Positions 46,488 through 60,300 of a stretch of 64,000 nucleotides of DNA are shown one piece after another (positions within the stretch are counted from its first letter, which is position 1; every line of letters starts with the position of its first letter). Under the pieces are notes generated by a model. That model was given only the letters and a program-made list of their open reading frames with translations, did no database searches and was not told where the DNA came from. The stretch is taken from assembly GCF_000143415.4 (NCBI RefSeq), contig NW_003314330.1, positions 774,089 to 838,088 of the forward strand, written 5' to 3'. The position numbers and the translations under genes are program-made. The DNA comes from Selaginella moellendorffii (lineage: Eukaryota; Plantae; Lycopodiophyta).

Positions 46488-48957
46488 GTTAGGAATCTAG
46501 AGGTTTGGTGTGTTTGGTTGCTTGTGCTAACAAGGAGTGTAGCTGAAACTTAAGTTTAATCTAACCCGGGGAGGGGGATTAGGAAAGATTTGGGAATTTG
46601 TGGATGGATGAGTAACACTCTGTTATTTGTGAGTAATTGAAACCAAGTAAAACCAAGTAAGAGCTAATACAATAGGTGGGAACTTTGGTGAAGGAACTTA
46701 GCTAAAGCTAAGGCAGTGTTGGTTGAATAAACAAAGTAAGTTAGCAAATTGGAAAGGAAAAATTTGTAACTTATAGGAAGCCACTTGTTCCTCCAATCCT
46801 CTAAATAACTAGATTTTACCTACTCTTTTAGGATGGCATAGTGGAGGCACACTACTACAAGAGTAAGAAGCTATCACCATAAATATCCTCGTTTGTTGTC
46901 TATCAAAGTGATAGTGATTCTTTGCCTCTTAGAGTGCTTGCACTCCTGTCACTCTCTAGATAGACCAACACTTGTGACTAATTGCCTCCCAAACTGACAT
47001 ACCAACTTCAACTCCTGTCTCATCCCACCAAACTCATATATTCCATCCATATCAACCTTGATATCATATGTGTCTCCAAGCCAGACTAGTGGCTAGACCT
47101 TGTGTTCCTTTGAACTAGTGTAGAACATCCCCTTTCTTAGCCTCAAACTCTGAAACTTCTTCTAATTCCTGTATCACCTTGAGGATCTATCGCTATACCT
47201 CTCTTGCCATATTGCATTCCCGCAAACTATGCTACACCATCTCTAGTTTGCCACACTCCTTGCATCGTCAATATGCTTCCTCCTAGAACCATTGTCCCAC
47301 TAGTAACCTATTGTTTGCCACCAACCATGAGGTGGCCTTGACTTTCTCTTGTACAGGTAATTTCCAAAAAGCAAGCATGTTGTCCACCACCTCGTTCATC
47401 TTGACTTCTTGCTTGATCCACTAGTGCTTGGGTTTGATGAAATGTGTATATACATTTCCCATGTCTCCATGGGACTAATACAAAAACTAAGCATGTTGCC
47501 TACTCACTAAGCTACAATCTCATGTCTTAACTAGGCCTAATCCTGAAGTAAAAGTGGACATTGTTATCTCCTTTGAATCATATTGATGTCCAAGTCCCCT
47601 CCCCAAGCCGAGTGAAGAATAGCATCAAGGGGGGTGCCATTGCCAGTGGATCTTGTCATCAATCACCCTCCTAGGAGCCATCTATTCTGCCACTCCCCTA
47701 GACAATCAGGCTTTGCCTATTCCTTTACGATGACATAATGAAGGTGAGTAGCTGCTAGAGTAAGTCTCCACTATGTGGCCACAATAGCGGATACTCTTGC
47801 TTGTTGCCTATCAAAGTGATGGTGGTTACATGTCTCCCAGATAGCTTGCATCCTTATCACTGTCCATACTGCCCGGCATTCATGGCCCATTACCTCCTAG
47901 ACTGATGTTCCAACACCTATTTTGTCCCATTGGACTCACATTTTCCAACTGTGCCATCCATGAAATGTGATGCGCCTCCAAGCCAGACCTATGGTTGGTC
48001 CTTCGAACTAGTGGAGCATGTCACCACACTTTGCTTCAAACTTTAAGATGTCCCTTATCTCATGAGCCGCCTTGAGAATTTGACGCAATACTTTCTTTGC
48101 CATATGGCAATCCCACAATGTATGTTACACCATCTCCACCTTGCTACACTCCTTGTAGCATCGGCTAACATCATCTTGGAACCATTGTCCCACTGGCAGC
48201 TTGATGTTTGCCATGAGCCAGGAAGTGATCTTGACTTTCTCTTGAACTGGCAACTTCTAAAAATCTAGTGTGTTGTCCACCACTTGATTTGCATCCACTC
48301 CTTGCTTGATAATTTCCTCTATAGCTTTGGGATTATCCATATGCCTCCTCCCTATTTGTCAACAAGCCATCCTGTGCCTCCACCTCAAAGGAGAAGAAAC
48401 TGTTCAAGCCTTGCCTCCATTCTACAGGATCCCAATCCAGGTCTTCAATCAGTTGCCGATGCCACCACTTGAGTATCCGATCCCCTCAAGCATGGCTAGT
48501 GATTGCATAACGACCAGCTGTTTCAACACTTGGCAAAGAACTCAAATCCTCCCCTTAACCTTGTCATTAGTCACCATCGGCATGTCTTGCTCTTCTCCCA
48601 CTAGCAATAGCATGTCCTCCCTTGTCACCCAAAAGGGGTGACTTATGTTCTTCTCTAGAGCAACTATGAACTAGACCTCCACATTGCCATCTTCCCATGC
48701 TAGTGACAGGGCTCTAAACACTTGAATCCACTCACCTAGCTTGACTTGTTCTCCATCTAGCTCAATCTCCCATTGTAGCATTATGAAGTCCCCGGCTTTA
48801 AGGCACCTTCTCAGCCAAGGTTGTCCCCTCTTTGCCTCACCCACAACTCGGAGGATTTGAAGGATGTTTATGTGAACTTTGCGACTCCTACCCAGGTTGA
48901 AGACTTGCATCCTCCTTATGGTCTTCTTCTAATCCTTGTCCAACACTCCTATGAATT
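46488..48957 (-). mobile_element. Highly degenerate retroelement-like relic with an internal duplication at about 900-bp offset
   Basis: GQPWL protease-like remnant near 48815. 46850-47420 resembles 47750-48310. Confidence 0.45.
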
Positions 48958-48961
48958 GTTT

Positions 48962-51900
48962 TGTTGGGGAAGGAAGGCTGCCTCCCCCAATGCTCGCTCA
49001 AACATGAAAAAATGCTTCAATGCTCTCCACAAATGCCCCCCCTTCCCCTTGTGGGGCAAGGGTTTTATACAAGGAAGATGGGGAATATTTTGAGGACTAG
49101 AATATTCCCTCTCTCTCTCTCACTCTCTCAATGGCCACGCCCTAACATGTGACCACGGTGGATCATACTGGCTCTAGATGTGCAAGAACCCTTTGAAGAG
49201 TGTAAAGTGTACCTTTGCTACTAATGCCAAGTGCTGGTAACTGCATGAAATAGTAAAAACTCTAGAAAACAAAGTGGAAAAAAAAAAAAAAAGAGGTAGA
49301 TGTGAAATTTGGAGATAGGGAAGAAAACCTGGTGGGAAACCCTGTAGTCAAACTAAACCTTGAAGTTAAAGAAAAGTGTAGAAAAAGTGTGAAAAGAGGA
49401 GAAAAATAGAAGAAAAGAAAGAAAAAGAAAAAGTGAGTACTCAAAGAACTTAACTTGTACTTGAATTTTGGCTCAAGAAAGTGTAATATGCAAATGCAGC
49501 CTCTTGATGACTTCTAATATGCTCCAAGGATTGGCTAAAATTGAGAAAGAAAGAAAGGTAGAAGAGGGGATGCATTGCCCAAGGGTGGCAAATGTAGAAA
49601 TGATGAAAGATGGAGTGATATGTTGGAGTGCCGAGATAGTGGTGGCACTCTAAAAAGGTGGTCATCTCTAGAAGTGTCAAGCCAATGGTTTGATGTGTCA
49701 AACTGAAGAAGACAACAGCTGAAAAGGATGGCATAAGGTAAAAAGAGGTGGCATGTATCCACTGAGTGCTAGAGTAGAAGAAAATGGCTTCAGCTTCTGT
49801 GGCCTCGCCTAAAGATCCACCTAGGTGCCTTGAATGAACAAGCTCACCAGGTTGGAAGAAAGTCGCTCCAGAAAAGCTAGTGCGTTATCGGCAAATGGTC
49901 ATAATGATATCTAGGAAACAACACGTCCAAATGAGGTGGTGTCTTCCTATTACTGGTGCACGTATGTGTGTCCATGGTATAGTGTAAATGTGACCTCAAA
50001 CAGAGATGTGAATAATGGTGAAAGAATAAAAGATGCAAGACAGGCATCTAGAGGTAAATGCGGGCAATGCTGCTGGAAGTGATTGGTGATGGAACTGTGA
50101 GTGTAGGTGATATAGAATGGGTGTGGGGAATGTGTGGGGTGTATTAATAGTAAGAGAAGGGCCAAAGAACCTGGAATAGAGACTGAGCTAAGTGAGGAAC
50201 CTCCATACAAATGGCAATGCAACCTGAACATGAAATCCAAGGCACAAGCCACAATCCAATGGAGAAACACCCTCTGAAAGTAAGAAAAGAAGCCATGAAA
50301 GTAAAGTGAAAGGAAGGAAGAAAAAGAAAAAGAAGAGAAGAGGTACGCCTCACCGAATGAAGCGTTTGAGGTGAGAGTGGTTGTGAGCATGTGGGAGTTC
50401 ACGTCCATCAACGTCGACTAGCATATATGCTCCACCCCCAATGTGTTGTTGAACAAAGTAAGGGCCGGTCCAATAAGGGGAGAACTTCAAAGGTGGCGTA
50501 AACTCCTTGAGTAGAACAAGATCACCATCCTCGAATGGTTCGGCAGACTGTTGGTGATCAATGACTGACTTGATCTTTTTCTTACTTCGAAGGAGATGTT
50601 CAATTGTGGATTGTCGCTATTCTTCCAAGGCAAGAACCTCCAAGTCACATGCCTGAAACTTATCCTCATTGCTAAGCTACATCATTGCTGCGTATCAAAG
50701 TGAAAGTGAGAGTGATGGCACTTGGATCTCCACTAGAAGTATGGTCTTTGTCCCATAGACAAAGGAGAATGGGGTTGTAGAGATGGATGTCTTGAAGAAT
50801 GTTTGAAAGGCCCACAATGCTATAACTAAGTCCTCATGCCAACTCCTTGGGTGATCCTCCACAAGCTTTGAGATGACTGTCTTTAATATCTTGTTACTGG
50901 ACTTGGCCTGGCCATTGCACTCAGGATAATAGTTGCTACTCTTAATGTGCTTGATCTGCAACTGTTGGAGAAGATGCTGCATCACCTATCCAAGGAAGCT
51001 GCTGCCACGATCGGAAATCAAAATGGCAAGAACTCCAAATCAGTAAATAATATACTTGTAGACAAACTTTGTTGTAGATTGTTGATCTGCCTATCATAGA
51101 GGGATGGCCTCAACCCATTTTGTGAAATAGTCCATTGCCACGATGATGTATCGTTGTCCTTTTGAGCTTGATAGGTTGATCGGGTTGACAAATTCAAGTC
51201 CCCACTGGAAAAAGGGACCTGGAGAAGTGATGAGCTGGAAAGGAAGATGTGGAACATGGTTGAACCGTTGGCATTGCTTACATACCTTTGCATAGACCAA
51301 GTTGTCCTGGTGAATCCAAGGCCAAAAGTAGCCATGGCACAAGAGGAGTTGTGCTGTGACCTGTCCTGAGAAATGCCCTGCACAAGAGTGGAAAGCATGA
51401 AGGAGCTTAGGAACCTCCTGTTCACCCACACACCGCAACAAAACTTCCTAAGAAGTCCTCTTGTAAAGGTGTCCATCGAGAAGGCAAAACCCCTGTGCTT
51501 GGATCTCCAATGCCTTTTGTTGCACTAGTGAGGAATCTACTGGGAATTAACTTGAATCCAGGTACATTGCAATGTCTTGTAATACTACTGGGACTACAAA
51601 GGAAGTAGCTTCAACAACCAAGAACTTTCTTGGATCCATCACATGGTTCCACTGCATGTGAAAAGTTGGCTGGAACTCTTGGATGGTCACAATCCAAGAT
51701 AAAGTATGAGGACTGTGAACTGGTCGATGTAAAATAAAAGTTAGCACATTAAAATAGACATGGAAATGGATACAGGCTCCAACGAGAAAGTGACAAAATC
51801 ACTCCAAAGTGTAAACAACAGCCACTGTTTCTTTTTCCGCATCCATGTACTTCTTCTCAGTCTCCTTGAATGAATGTGAGGCATAATATGTTGCATGTGG

Positions 51901-54900
51901 TGGCTTGCCAGGCTGTGAACATTGGCAAAGGCATACTCCAAAAGCCTCTATACCCGTCGTGATGTAAATTTCAAAAGGAAGTTGTGGTTCTAGTGGCTAG
52001 AGTACTGGGGCTGTGCGGAGTGACTACTTCAATGATTCAAAGGCTTGTTGCTGGGAGTCACCTTAGACAAATGGAATGTTGTGTTGTAGCAGAGCTATAA
52101 GAGGCCGTGAATGTGCAGCATAGTTGTGGAGGAAACGGCAAAAGAAACCCATTTGCCCGAGGAAGCTGCAAAGCTGCTTCACATTGGTTGGTGGGTGCCA
52201 ATCCATAATCTCCTGAGCCTTGGCTACCTGGGGCTTGATCCCATCTTGGGAGACATCAAAGCCTAGCAACTGGCCTTTAGTCACCTCAAATTTACACTTT
52301 GCCGGGTTTAATGAAAACTTGTGTTGTCGGCAGTGAGTGAAGATCTACTCCAAGTGCGCAAGGTGGTCCTCAAAAGAGTCAAAGGTCATGCATAAATCAT
52401 CCATATACACCCTCAAGGCACCTCCATTCAGGTCGTGAAAGGCTTGGGTCATAAAGCACTAAAAAGTAGCTCCAACGTTACACAAGCCAAATGGTAGGAT
52501 GTTGAAAGTGAAGATGCCCCAAGGTGTCCGAAAAGCTGTAAGATCTCGATGATCGGGATGAATGAAGATCTGGTTGTACCTTGAAAAGCCATCCATGAAA
52601 GAGTAGTAATAATGTCTAGCCATCTCATCCATGATTGCATCGATAAATAGAGTTAGAAAGTGATCTTTCGTAGTTGCCTTGTTCAAGTCTTGAAAGTCAA
52701 CGCAAAGGTGGAGTTTTCCATTTGCCTTGCGTGCAAGGACAAGATTGGCCACCCACTCTAAGCTTTCCAAAGGGTAAATAAAGCTAGCTACCAGAAGTCG
52801 CTCAATTTCCAACTTCATCTTTGAGTGAGCTGCCGGGCTGAAACGCTGCATCTTTTGACAAATTGGTTTGGCTGACTCTGAAAGCACAATACTATGCATG
52901 ATTGTATCTATGGGAACTCCTAGAAGCTAGCTGTAGTCCCAAGCAAACACATCCTTGAAATAGTGAAGGAGATCCAAGAGCTTTGCTGTGTTTGTTGAAG
53001 CAAGTGATGTGGCGATAAAGATCGGATCCTTGTCATCACCTAGGAAAACGGCATGAACCCTGGAGTCTAGAGAAACCTTGGGCTCAAGGGGTTCATCTAT
53101 CTTAGATTCCTCCCTAACTTTGGAAACCAAAGAGCAGGGAGTGTCGTTTGCCTCTCATATCATGGTGATTGCTTTATGTGATAACCTGTCCGCCCAAAAG
53201 TTTTCTTCAAGAGGGATGCTTTGAAATGTCACTTGAGAGAACTCATCCTTCAAGTTGACCACCCACTGCCATAGGTCTTTTAGGTTTTCTTTGCTGACTT
53301 GGTATTCTCTAGTAAGTTGGCATATGATGAGTTGTGCATCTCCAATGAAAGTGACTCGCCTAAACTTGAGATTGGTGGCCAACTTCATGGCATTGATAGC
53401 CGCCAAGTACTCCACTTCATTAGCTGATATTGCTAGCAAAGTGATAGAGAGGTTAGCTACTTTGTTCTCCGCAGAATCAATCATCCAAACTCCAATGCTA
53501 GCAACCTGGTTTTTGGGCTAGAAAGCACCATCGAAATAAGCTGTAATCATATGAGTGTCCTCTTCTTCAAATAAAGATGTTGGAGACACCACATCTAGCA
53601 AGACTATCTTTGGCAAGTCAGGCAAGAACGTTGTTGTTAGATCCGTAGTCTTTGTCTATTGTTCTCTTTTCTTCTGATGCTCTGAGCGCTCAATGTCTGA
53701 TGTGAGAATTGTAGCCAAGTACTCTGCAAGTGAAGGGAGATCCTCCACTGAAGTCAAGTCCAAGTCTGGTGCTAAAGTTTCAGTGTAATACACTTGGATC
53801 TGTACCAGGAGCTCCACAGTAGGAAATTCTGAACTCAAAGAGCTATAACACGCATGTAGCATGTCCAATTGCCTTGATTCCTTTTGCCAGTTGTGTGTCT
53901 GGATGTCATCCTTCGTCTCCAAAAAATAGCATGACAAAATACACTCAGAGTCGTCAGCTACCGTGATTTTAGTAGGAAGATGTTGGCTGTGTGACACCTT
54001 AGATAGTTGCTGAGGAGGATTGAGTTCGGTTGTGTCCTATGAAAGATGGACTTGGTCTGGAGTGACTGTGTCATCAAGCTCCATAAGAGAGAGTTAGTCC
54101 CATGCAAAAAAAAAATTGAGAAGCCCTTCCTCTATCGAGAAACACTTCAAAAAGTTGGATATCCGTACCCTATAAGCCCCGCCATCAAATAAAGAGGGCA
54201 TGGCTAGAGGCTCGGCCTTACTCTCAAATAAAGAGAGTGAGGCTGAGAGATGTCTCGAGCTATCTGACTCACCTCCAACAATGTCGATCACATTGCATGA
54301 GAAAGCATCTGTCATATAGATAGTCCACTCCACCGCCAACTCGGGAAAAACCTTTGTGAGCTTAGGAGGAAAGTGTGGTGTGGAGACCACTTTAGTCTGA
54401 GTCTTTTGGGCTTGCTGAGAAAGAGCACTACTGTGGTTGTTGAGAAAGGTGGTGCTATGGGTTCCATCACTAATTTCCATCTTGCCTTGCACGCTGTCAA
54501 TGGTGCAATGGGCTGTGACTTGCCATGTGTACCAAGATGTTGGTAGTCAACCACGAGTAAATCTACCTCAGAAATAACACCTTGCATTGAAACCTTGACA
54601 CCACAGCAAATGCTTGCTGGAGGAACAGTGTGGTTGGCAAAGGTCTTGAGCATGATGGAGGAGCTCTCAGTGATTTATAGCTGTGCTGAAAGGGTAGCTT
54701 TGAGAGAGATAATGTTGCTTCCAGAACCGGAGTCAACCAAAGCATCCATCTTACAAGAGGAAGTACCAATTTGCATCGAGACAAAGAATGGACTAGGATC
54801 TCCACCATATCTTGTCATGTTGACAATGTGCACCTCTTGAGGAGTCCTATTGAGAGTGCTCTCTAGTGTTCTTGACCATGCAAACTCCTCTAAACACTGG

Positions 54901-57705
54901 CCGAATCCCGAGACAAGGCACAACATGTCTCGGAGCGAAAAGGTGACAGGAGTGTCAACCAACTGTTGAAGAACTGGCTCCGGAACAGGAATAGCTGTTT
55001 GTGAGATCTTAGGAGGAGAAGAGAGTAGTGACTTGAAGGGGAGCTTACAAACCACCCTCTGTGTCACTGGATTTGGTGCTGACAGAGATTCACTCTTAAT
55101 TGACACCAGGGGATCTATGACAGGATGAGCGGCTACCTTCTTCTTCACTTGGGCTCGAGTGGTTGCAGTTTGTTGCTGTTGTCTATGGAGTTCCTTGGCT
55201 ACCAAAATTGTGTTGACCGATGAGGCTGGTGCCATGCCTTTGCTTGATGAAGGGGCTACCTCAATTGCCTGTTGCTCCAACTGCTCTTGATATGTCTCTG
55301 GACCCTGAGATGATGTGGAATTGTCAGCAATGGGACGTTGTTGGACACATTGAGAAGGTAGAGGCCGAAGCTTTGGGTGAAGCTTGAAGTAGTGTTGTGT
55401 GTTGTGTGTGTTCGTTTTGTAGTGAGTGCACCAACGAGACTTAAATTTGCATTCCCGAGCTGCAATGGCCTCTTTTTTAGACTCCACCAGCTCCTGGAGC
55501 AGCTTGTCATGGTGTGATTGTTGCTAAAGAATGATCTCCTTCAGCTGCCGCATCTCGTTGGCAAAGTTCTCAATAGCTGGAGGTGTATTCTTTGGTGTGG
55601 ACGATAAACAGTTGCACAAGGTGACTCTAATGGGGTGATGGCTTGGTCAAAATCAACTTTAGTAATCTCCAGGTCGACAAAGAGCTCTCTTTCCAGCTTC
55701 ATGACAAATGAAAATGCCTCATGGCAAGACCTAAATATCTTCTTAAGAAGTTTCCACTGCAAGTTCCCATGCAGACTCGCTGTGAATGCCATGATCCCCT
55801 ATTGCTCATCTTGGACCACTCTGCGATCCCAACACTGCTTCTAATATGCTTGAAACTGGGTGATGTAGTCAGGAATAGACTCGTGAGTGCCTTACTGGAA
55901 CGAAAAGAGGTCAACAAGTAGCCGATTTGTGGGTCTTTTTTCAAAAAAATGTTCTCTGAAAGAAGCAAATAGTGTCTGGAAGTTTTTCCAGTCCTTTGGG
56001 AGGAGAGAATCTGCCCAAGTTGCTGCTTTGCCTTTGGCAAACTGCAAAAAGTTGCGGCATATACAATCATCGTCAACAATCATATTTGTGGTGTAGTAGT
56101 AATCAAAGCGATTGATATGCGATGTTGGAGAGACTATTCCAACACTTGAGAAGGTCGGCAAATCACTCCCCTTCTGCAAAACATGGAGCTGGGGTTGAGC
56201 TAAAGGTGGCTACGCCATAGCTCGTAGATTTAAGTCACTGGAATCTGCCGAGGATAAAGGACTTGGCATAAAAAGGTGCTTTGTCGTACCTAAGTTACCT
56301 CTGGATATTAGAAAGTTTACTCCATACCTTAGGGCCTTGAGGTATGTTAAAAGGGTGCCAATTTGTCGCATGTCTAGTTTATACCGACATCAAAAACCCT
56401 AAATACTGCAAATGCCCAATCAAGGCAACTAGGTTGATAGGAGCAAGAAGATTGTAGATTTGTGCTCAAGCTGCTCAAAGTTGCCCAAAATGCCTATGAC
56501 GAAGAGAAATAAAGGTGGAAATGGAAGGAGATGTAGGCCTCAAGCATATATACTATTGACCTATAGAGCAACCACTGACCTCTTGTAGTAACTGGTAACT
56601 AGTAGCTAGTAACTAGTAACTAGTAACTGAGGACTTATAACCTATAATTAATAACCCCCTGCTCTCACTTTTACTCTTGTGCGTACTCCAACACCAACTC
56701 CTACACCTGCATCTGCTCCTACTCCTGTGCCAACTCCTATTCCTGTTCATACACCTACTCTTGCTCTCTAAAGATTGCTTCATTCCCAAGGAACTCCCAA
56801 CAAAGTTTAGCCCAAAAGAGAAAAATGAGTCCTTTGGTATTGATCCTTCCCCATTTTAACTGTTGGTGGGCTCGTTAGAAAGGGCTCAACCCCGTTTACC
56901 CTCTATTGCAAGAATTTATGAAAAAGCTACCTCAATATTCCCTAAAATCCAAGAAGTGTTAGCCCAAAACACCAATATTGTGGAAAAATCTGTGTATGTC
57001 ACTGATGTAGATTGATACTAAGGCACTGTTGGTATTTTTGGAAAGACTAGGACCAAGAGCACCTCTAGAAACAAACGGCATCCAAAACAAAGCCTGAAGA
57101 AGCGTGGATTCCTACTACAAAAATAACCCAATTTAGCTAGAGAAGAAAATCCTTTTGCATGCCGTCAATTCACCTAAATCTAGCACCAAGAATCACCACT
57201 ACTTGTAGATCTAAGCCAAATCTACAAGCCCAAATGCACTACTTTGAGAAATTGGGTTGAGGGTCTAGGCGAGAAAGTGAAAACCCCCAAAATGTTCATC
57301 CAACCGAGCCAAGAAATGTTGTATCTCTTCAAATACTGCACAGTTTGATGAGTGCAATACCTTTCTGGAAAAAGGAGATCCAAACCTATCCAACACGCCT
57401 AAGATCAAACAAAACCACCACAAGACGAACAAGTAATTCCTTCCCAAAGTTTGCGGCCAAAAGAAAAAAAGAGAAATGACACCTCAGAAAGTGCTGTGCG
57501 TCACACCGGGTTCACTATTTGTTGGGGAAGGAAGGGTGCCTTCCCTAATGCTCACTCAAACACAAGAAATGCTTCAATGCTCTCCACAAATGCCCCCTCC
57601 CTGCCCTTGTGGGGCAAGGGTTTTATACAAGGAAGATGGGGAATATTCTAAAGAATAGAGTATTCCCTCTCTCTCTCTCACTTTCTCAATAGCCACACCC
57701 TAACA
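48962..57705 (-). mobile_element. Degenerate Ty3/Gypsy Tat-lineage (TatI-type) element; LTRs 48962-49147 and 57520-57705
   Basis: 186-bp TGTTGG...CTAACA LTRs. GTTT on both flanks. PBS TAGTGAACCCGGTGTGA (tRNA-Trp-like). Order gag - PR (VDSGS) - archaeal-type RNase H (YFDGA, NEVEY, GDAQLI, NFWADRL; 53155-53550) - RT (YMDD) - RH - INT (DYFTKWVEA). Confidence 0.9.
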
Positions 57706-60300
57706 GTTTCAGTGTCTGAAAACCCCTTGCATGCAGCTTCTTCCATATCGTGTAGTGGTCCTCCCTACCCAATGTTTGGTTACCATCTTTGAACAAAGAA
57801 TAATGGTTGGTTCAGCCAATCCTCCACCCAATGCAATATCATGTGGCCTATCGGGAACTCGCTCCACAATCTAAGGATCCCCTGGATAAGGAGGAACTTG
57901 CTTTGGACCTTCTACAAAGATCCAACATGGGTCCTCCACCCACAGTCTTGCTATATTGTGCTTGGGGTAGATTTCCAACAAGCTCTACCTAAACATTAGT
58001 CTCCATGGCTAGTTACCTGGCTGGAGAGCCATAAGAATAACTTTGTACCATAACGCCTTTGCCATGTCACTAGGATCGATGATTCCCAGTCCTCCCAACA
58101 TCCTTGGCCTTGCCGTGGATTGCCAGGCAACTTTCACCATAACTCATGCAATGATGAGTATGCCACGCTATAAGTATTTACGCACCATTGTATATACCTT
58201 CTTGAGGGTCATCTCAAAGACAGGCCAAATCGAAAGATGGTACTAAATGCTTGGTAAAATGATGCTTCTGGTCACCACGATTTGCGCTGGTAATCCTAAT
58301 TTCCTAGGAGCCCATTTCTGGATTGAGGTACAAATCCTCTAGAGTAGGGTATCATCTTCCAGTGCTGTGCTGAACTTTGTACCTACCTAGATCCTTAGGT
58401 ACTTGGTGTCCTCTCCCAGTCTTAGCCACTAAAAGACTATTTCTAGACCCCAAGACTTGATGCTTCGTCTCCCCTAGTTTATGCCCACCGACTTGTTCGA
58501 GTTGATCACCATGCCAATAGCAAGATTGAAGGTCTTAAGTGCCTTCCTTGCAGCATCCAAATTCTCCTTTGTTGTGAGTAAGACTATCACTATGTCATTT
58601 GCAAAGGCTCCATCCAATAGCTCTCGAGCTACTCCCGATGTACCCAGTAGCTGCTATTGCACCTCAAGGAGGGTGAGTCCCTTGATGTTCCCACCATTCA
58701 CCAAAAAGGTTCCTAGAGCTTCAACTACCATCAAAAAGAGGTACAGAGCCAATGGACATCCCTACCTCATCGATTTGCCCAACTCAAAACTTAGTCTAGT
58801 CTCCCCATTGATTGTGACTCTACTAGATGTCCCACAATATAAAAGCAAGATTCACGTAACCATAACTCTCAGGATGCCAATCTTTCACATGCAATCCTCC
58901 AAGAAGTTCCAATCCACCAAATCATATGCCTTCTTAAAGTCTAGAAGCTAAGCCATTGTTTGTTGATCCAAAATTTTTGCCCACCACTGAGATAGCAAGT
59001 ATGTCTAAATGTTCTCCACAATTTGCCACCCTAGGACAAAGCCTGTTTGTTGTTCCCATATGATGAGTGGCATGACTAATTATAGCTTAAGTGCCATGGC
59101 CATAAGTCTTATACAATGTGTTCAACATGGTGATCGGCCTCTAGTTCCTTAGCTCTTGAAGGTCCCCTCTCTTTGGAAGTAGCACAATCTGTCCCTCCAG
59201 GAACTCTCCAGGCATGGCTCCAAGTTTTTGAGTGTCTTTCCATGCTTGTAGTAGTAGTAGGCTTAACGTCTCCCAATGGGCCCAATAGAATACAAGAAGA
59301 AGACCATCCATGCTGGCATCTTATCATTGCTCAACCTCTTGAGAGTTTCATGTAACTTTGTGAGTGTGAAGTCTACCTTCAACAAGTCCTACACTTCGTG
59401 GGAGACCCTCCCTAGGACTTCTGTTGCTACACTTATTCGAGCTAAGGTCCATGGTTGAGCTGTGTAGAAGGCTTGGTAGAACTCCTAAGCGAGGTGCTAC
59501 ATCCCTTGTTGATCCTTAACAATGCTCCCATCACCACATTTCAATCCTAGGATAAGAGGAGAATCAATGATCGGCCTAATGCCCTTGTAGAAGACTTTGT
59601 TGAGAAGGCGTTTAATCCGAGTCCATCCATCCTTCATGGTCTAGACTCTAGTGCTCCATGTGGTGAACTCCAAACCCTATAGCTCAACTTCACACTTATC
59701 CAACAGTGACTGCCATTTATCTGAGTTATGTGTGTGCAATAGCATCCTATGGGCTATGGCTACTTGTTGTCAGGCAATTCTCACATCCTTGAGCACCTCG
59801 CCTTTCAGCTCTTTCTGAAGCTCCTACAGCTTCTGGGAGCACGTCTACAGCATCAGAACTATTGCTAGTTTGTCATCCACAAGGATTTGGCATATCAGCT
59901 TAGTTGCTACAAAATCTAATACAGGGTCGCTTTTGTGATTGCACACTAGGTCGCTATTCCCTTCTCATGTTGGAGTTTGATTACACATCTAAGTGGGTCA
60001 TGATCTAAGAAGGAGGCAAAGCCTAGCCACATTCGTAGGCCTCCACCATCCTGCTGCAGCCGAGTTGAGGCATATATTCAATCCAACCTTGACTGAGACA
60101 TTGCTGATTGATGTCTAGTAAAGGGGTGTGCATATGGGCAAATCCCTCCACATATTGAAGGTCCACAATACTAAGCACATCCATGAGCTGACTCAATCTG
60201 AGCTCTCAAGGTCAGGGAGCACAAGGTAGGGGCCTTAGCATTTAGCTTCCATGAGGAGGACTACTGCAAGGTCAAGGTTCTACAACACACATGGTAGTGA
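57706..60300 (-). mobile_element. Degenerate L1-clade LINE ORF2 (endonuclease C-part + RT)
   Basis: Minus-strand remnants SRLD*IYA (about 60080), LDHDP (about 60000), LDFKKAYDLVDWNFL (about 58900-58945), FAND (about 58600), KYL (about 58400). Confidence 0.8.

Noticed and set aside
56575-56630. Short (ACTAGTA)n-like repeat as a CRISPR-like array
   Set aside because: Simple 7-bp tandem repeat without spacers, in a eukaryotic retroelement leader.
58481-58951. 156-aa plus-strand ORF
   Set aside because: Antisense shadow of LINE RT.
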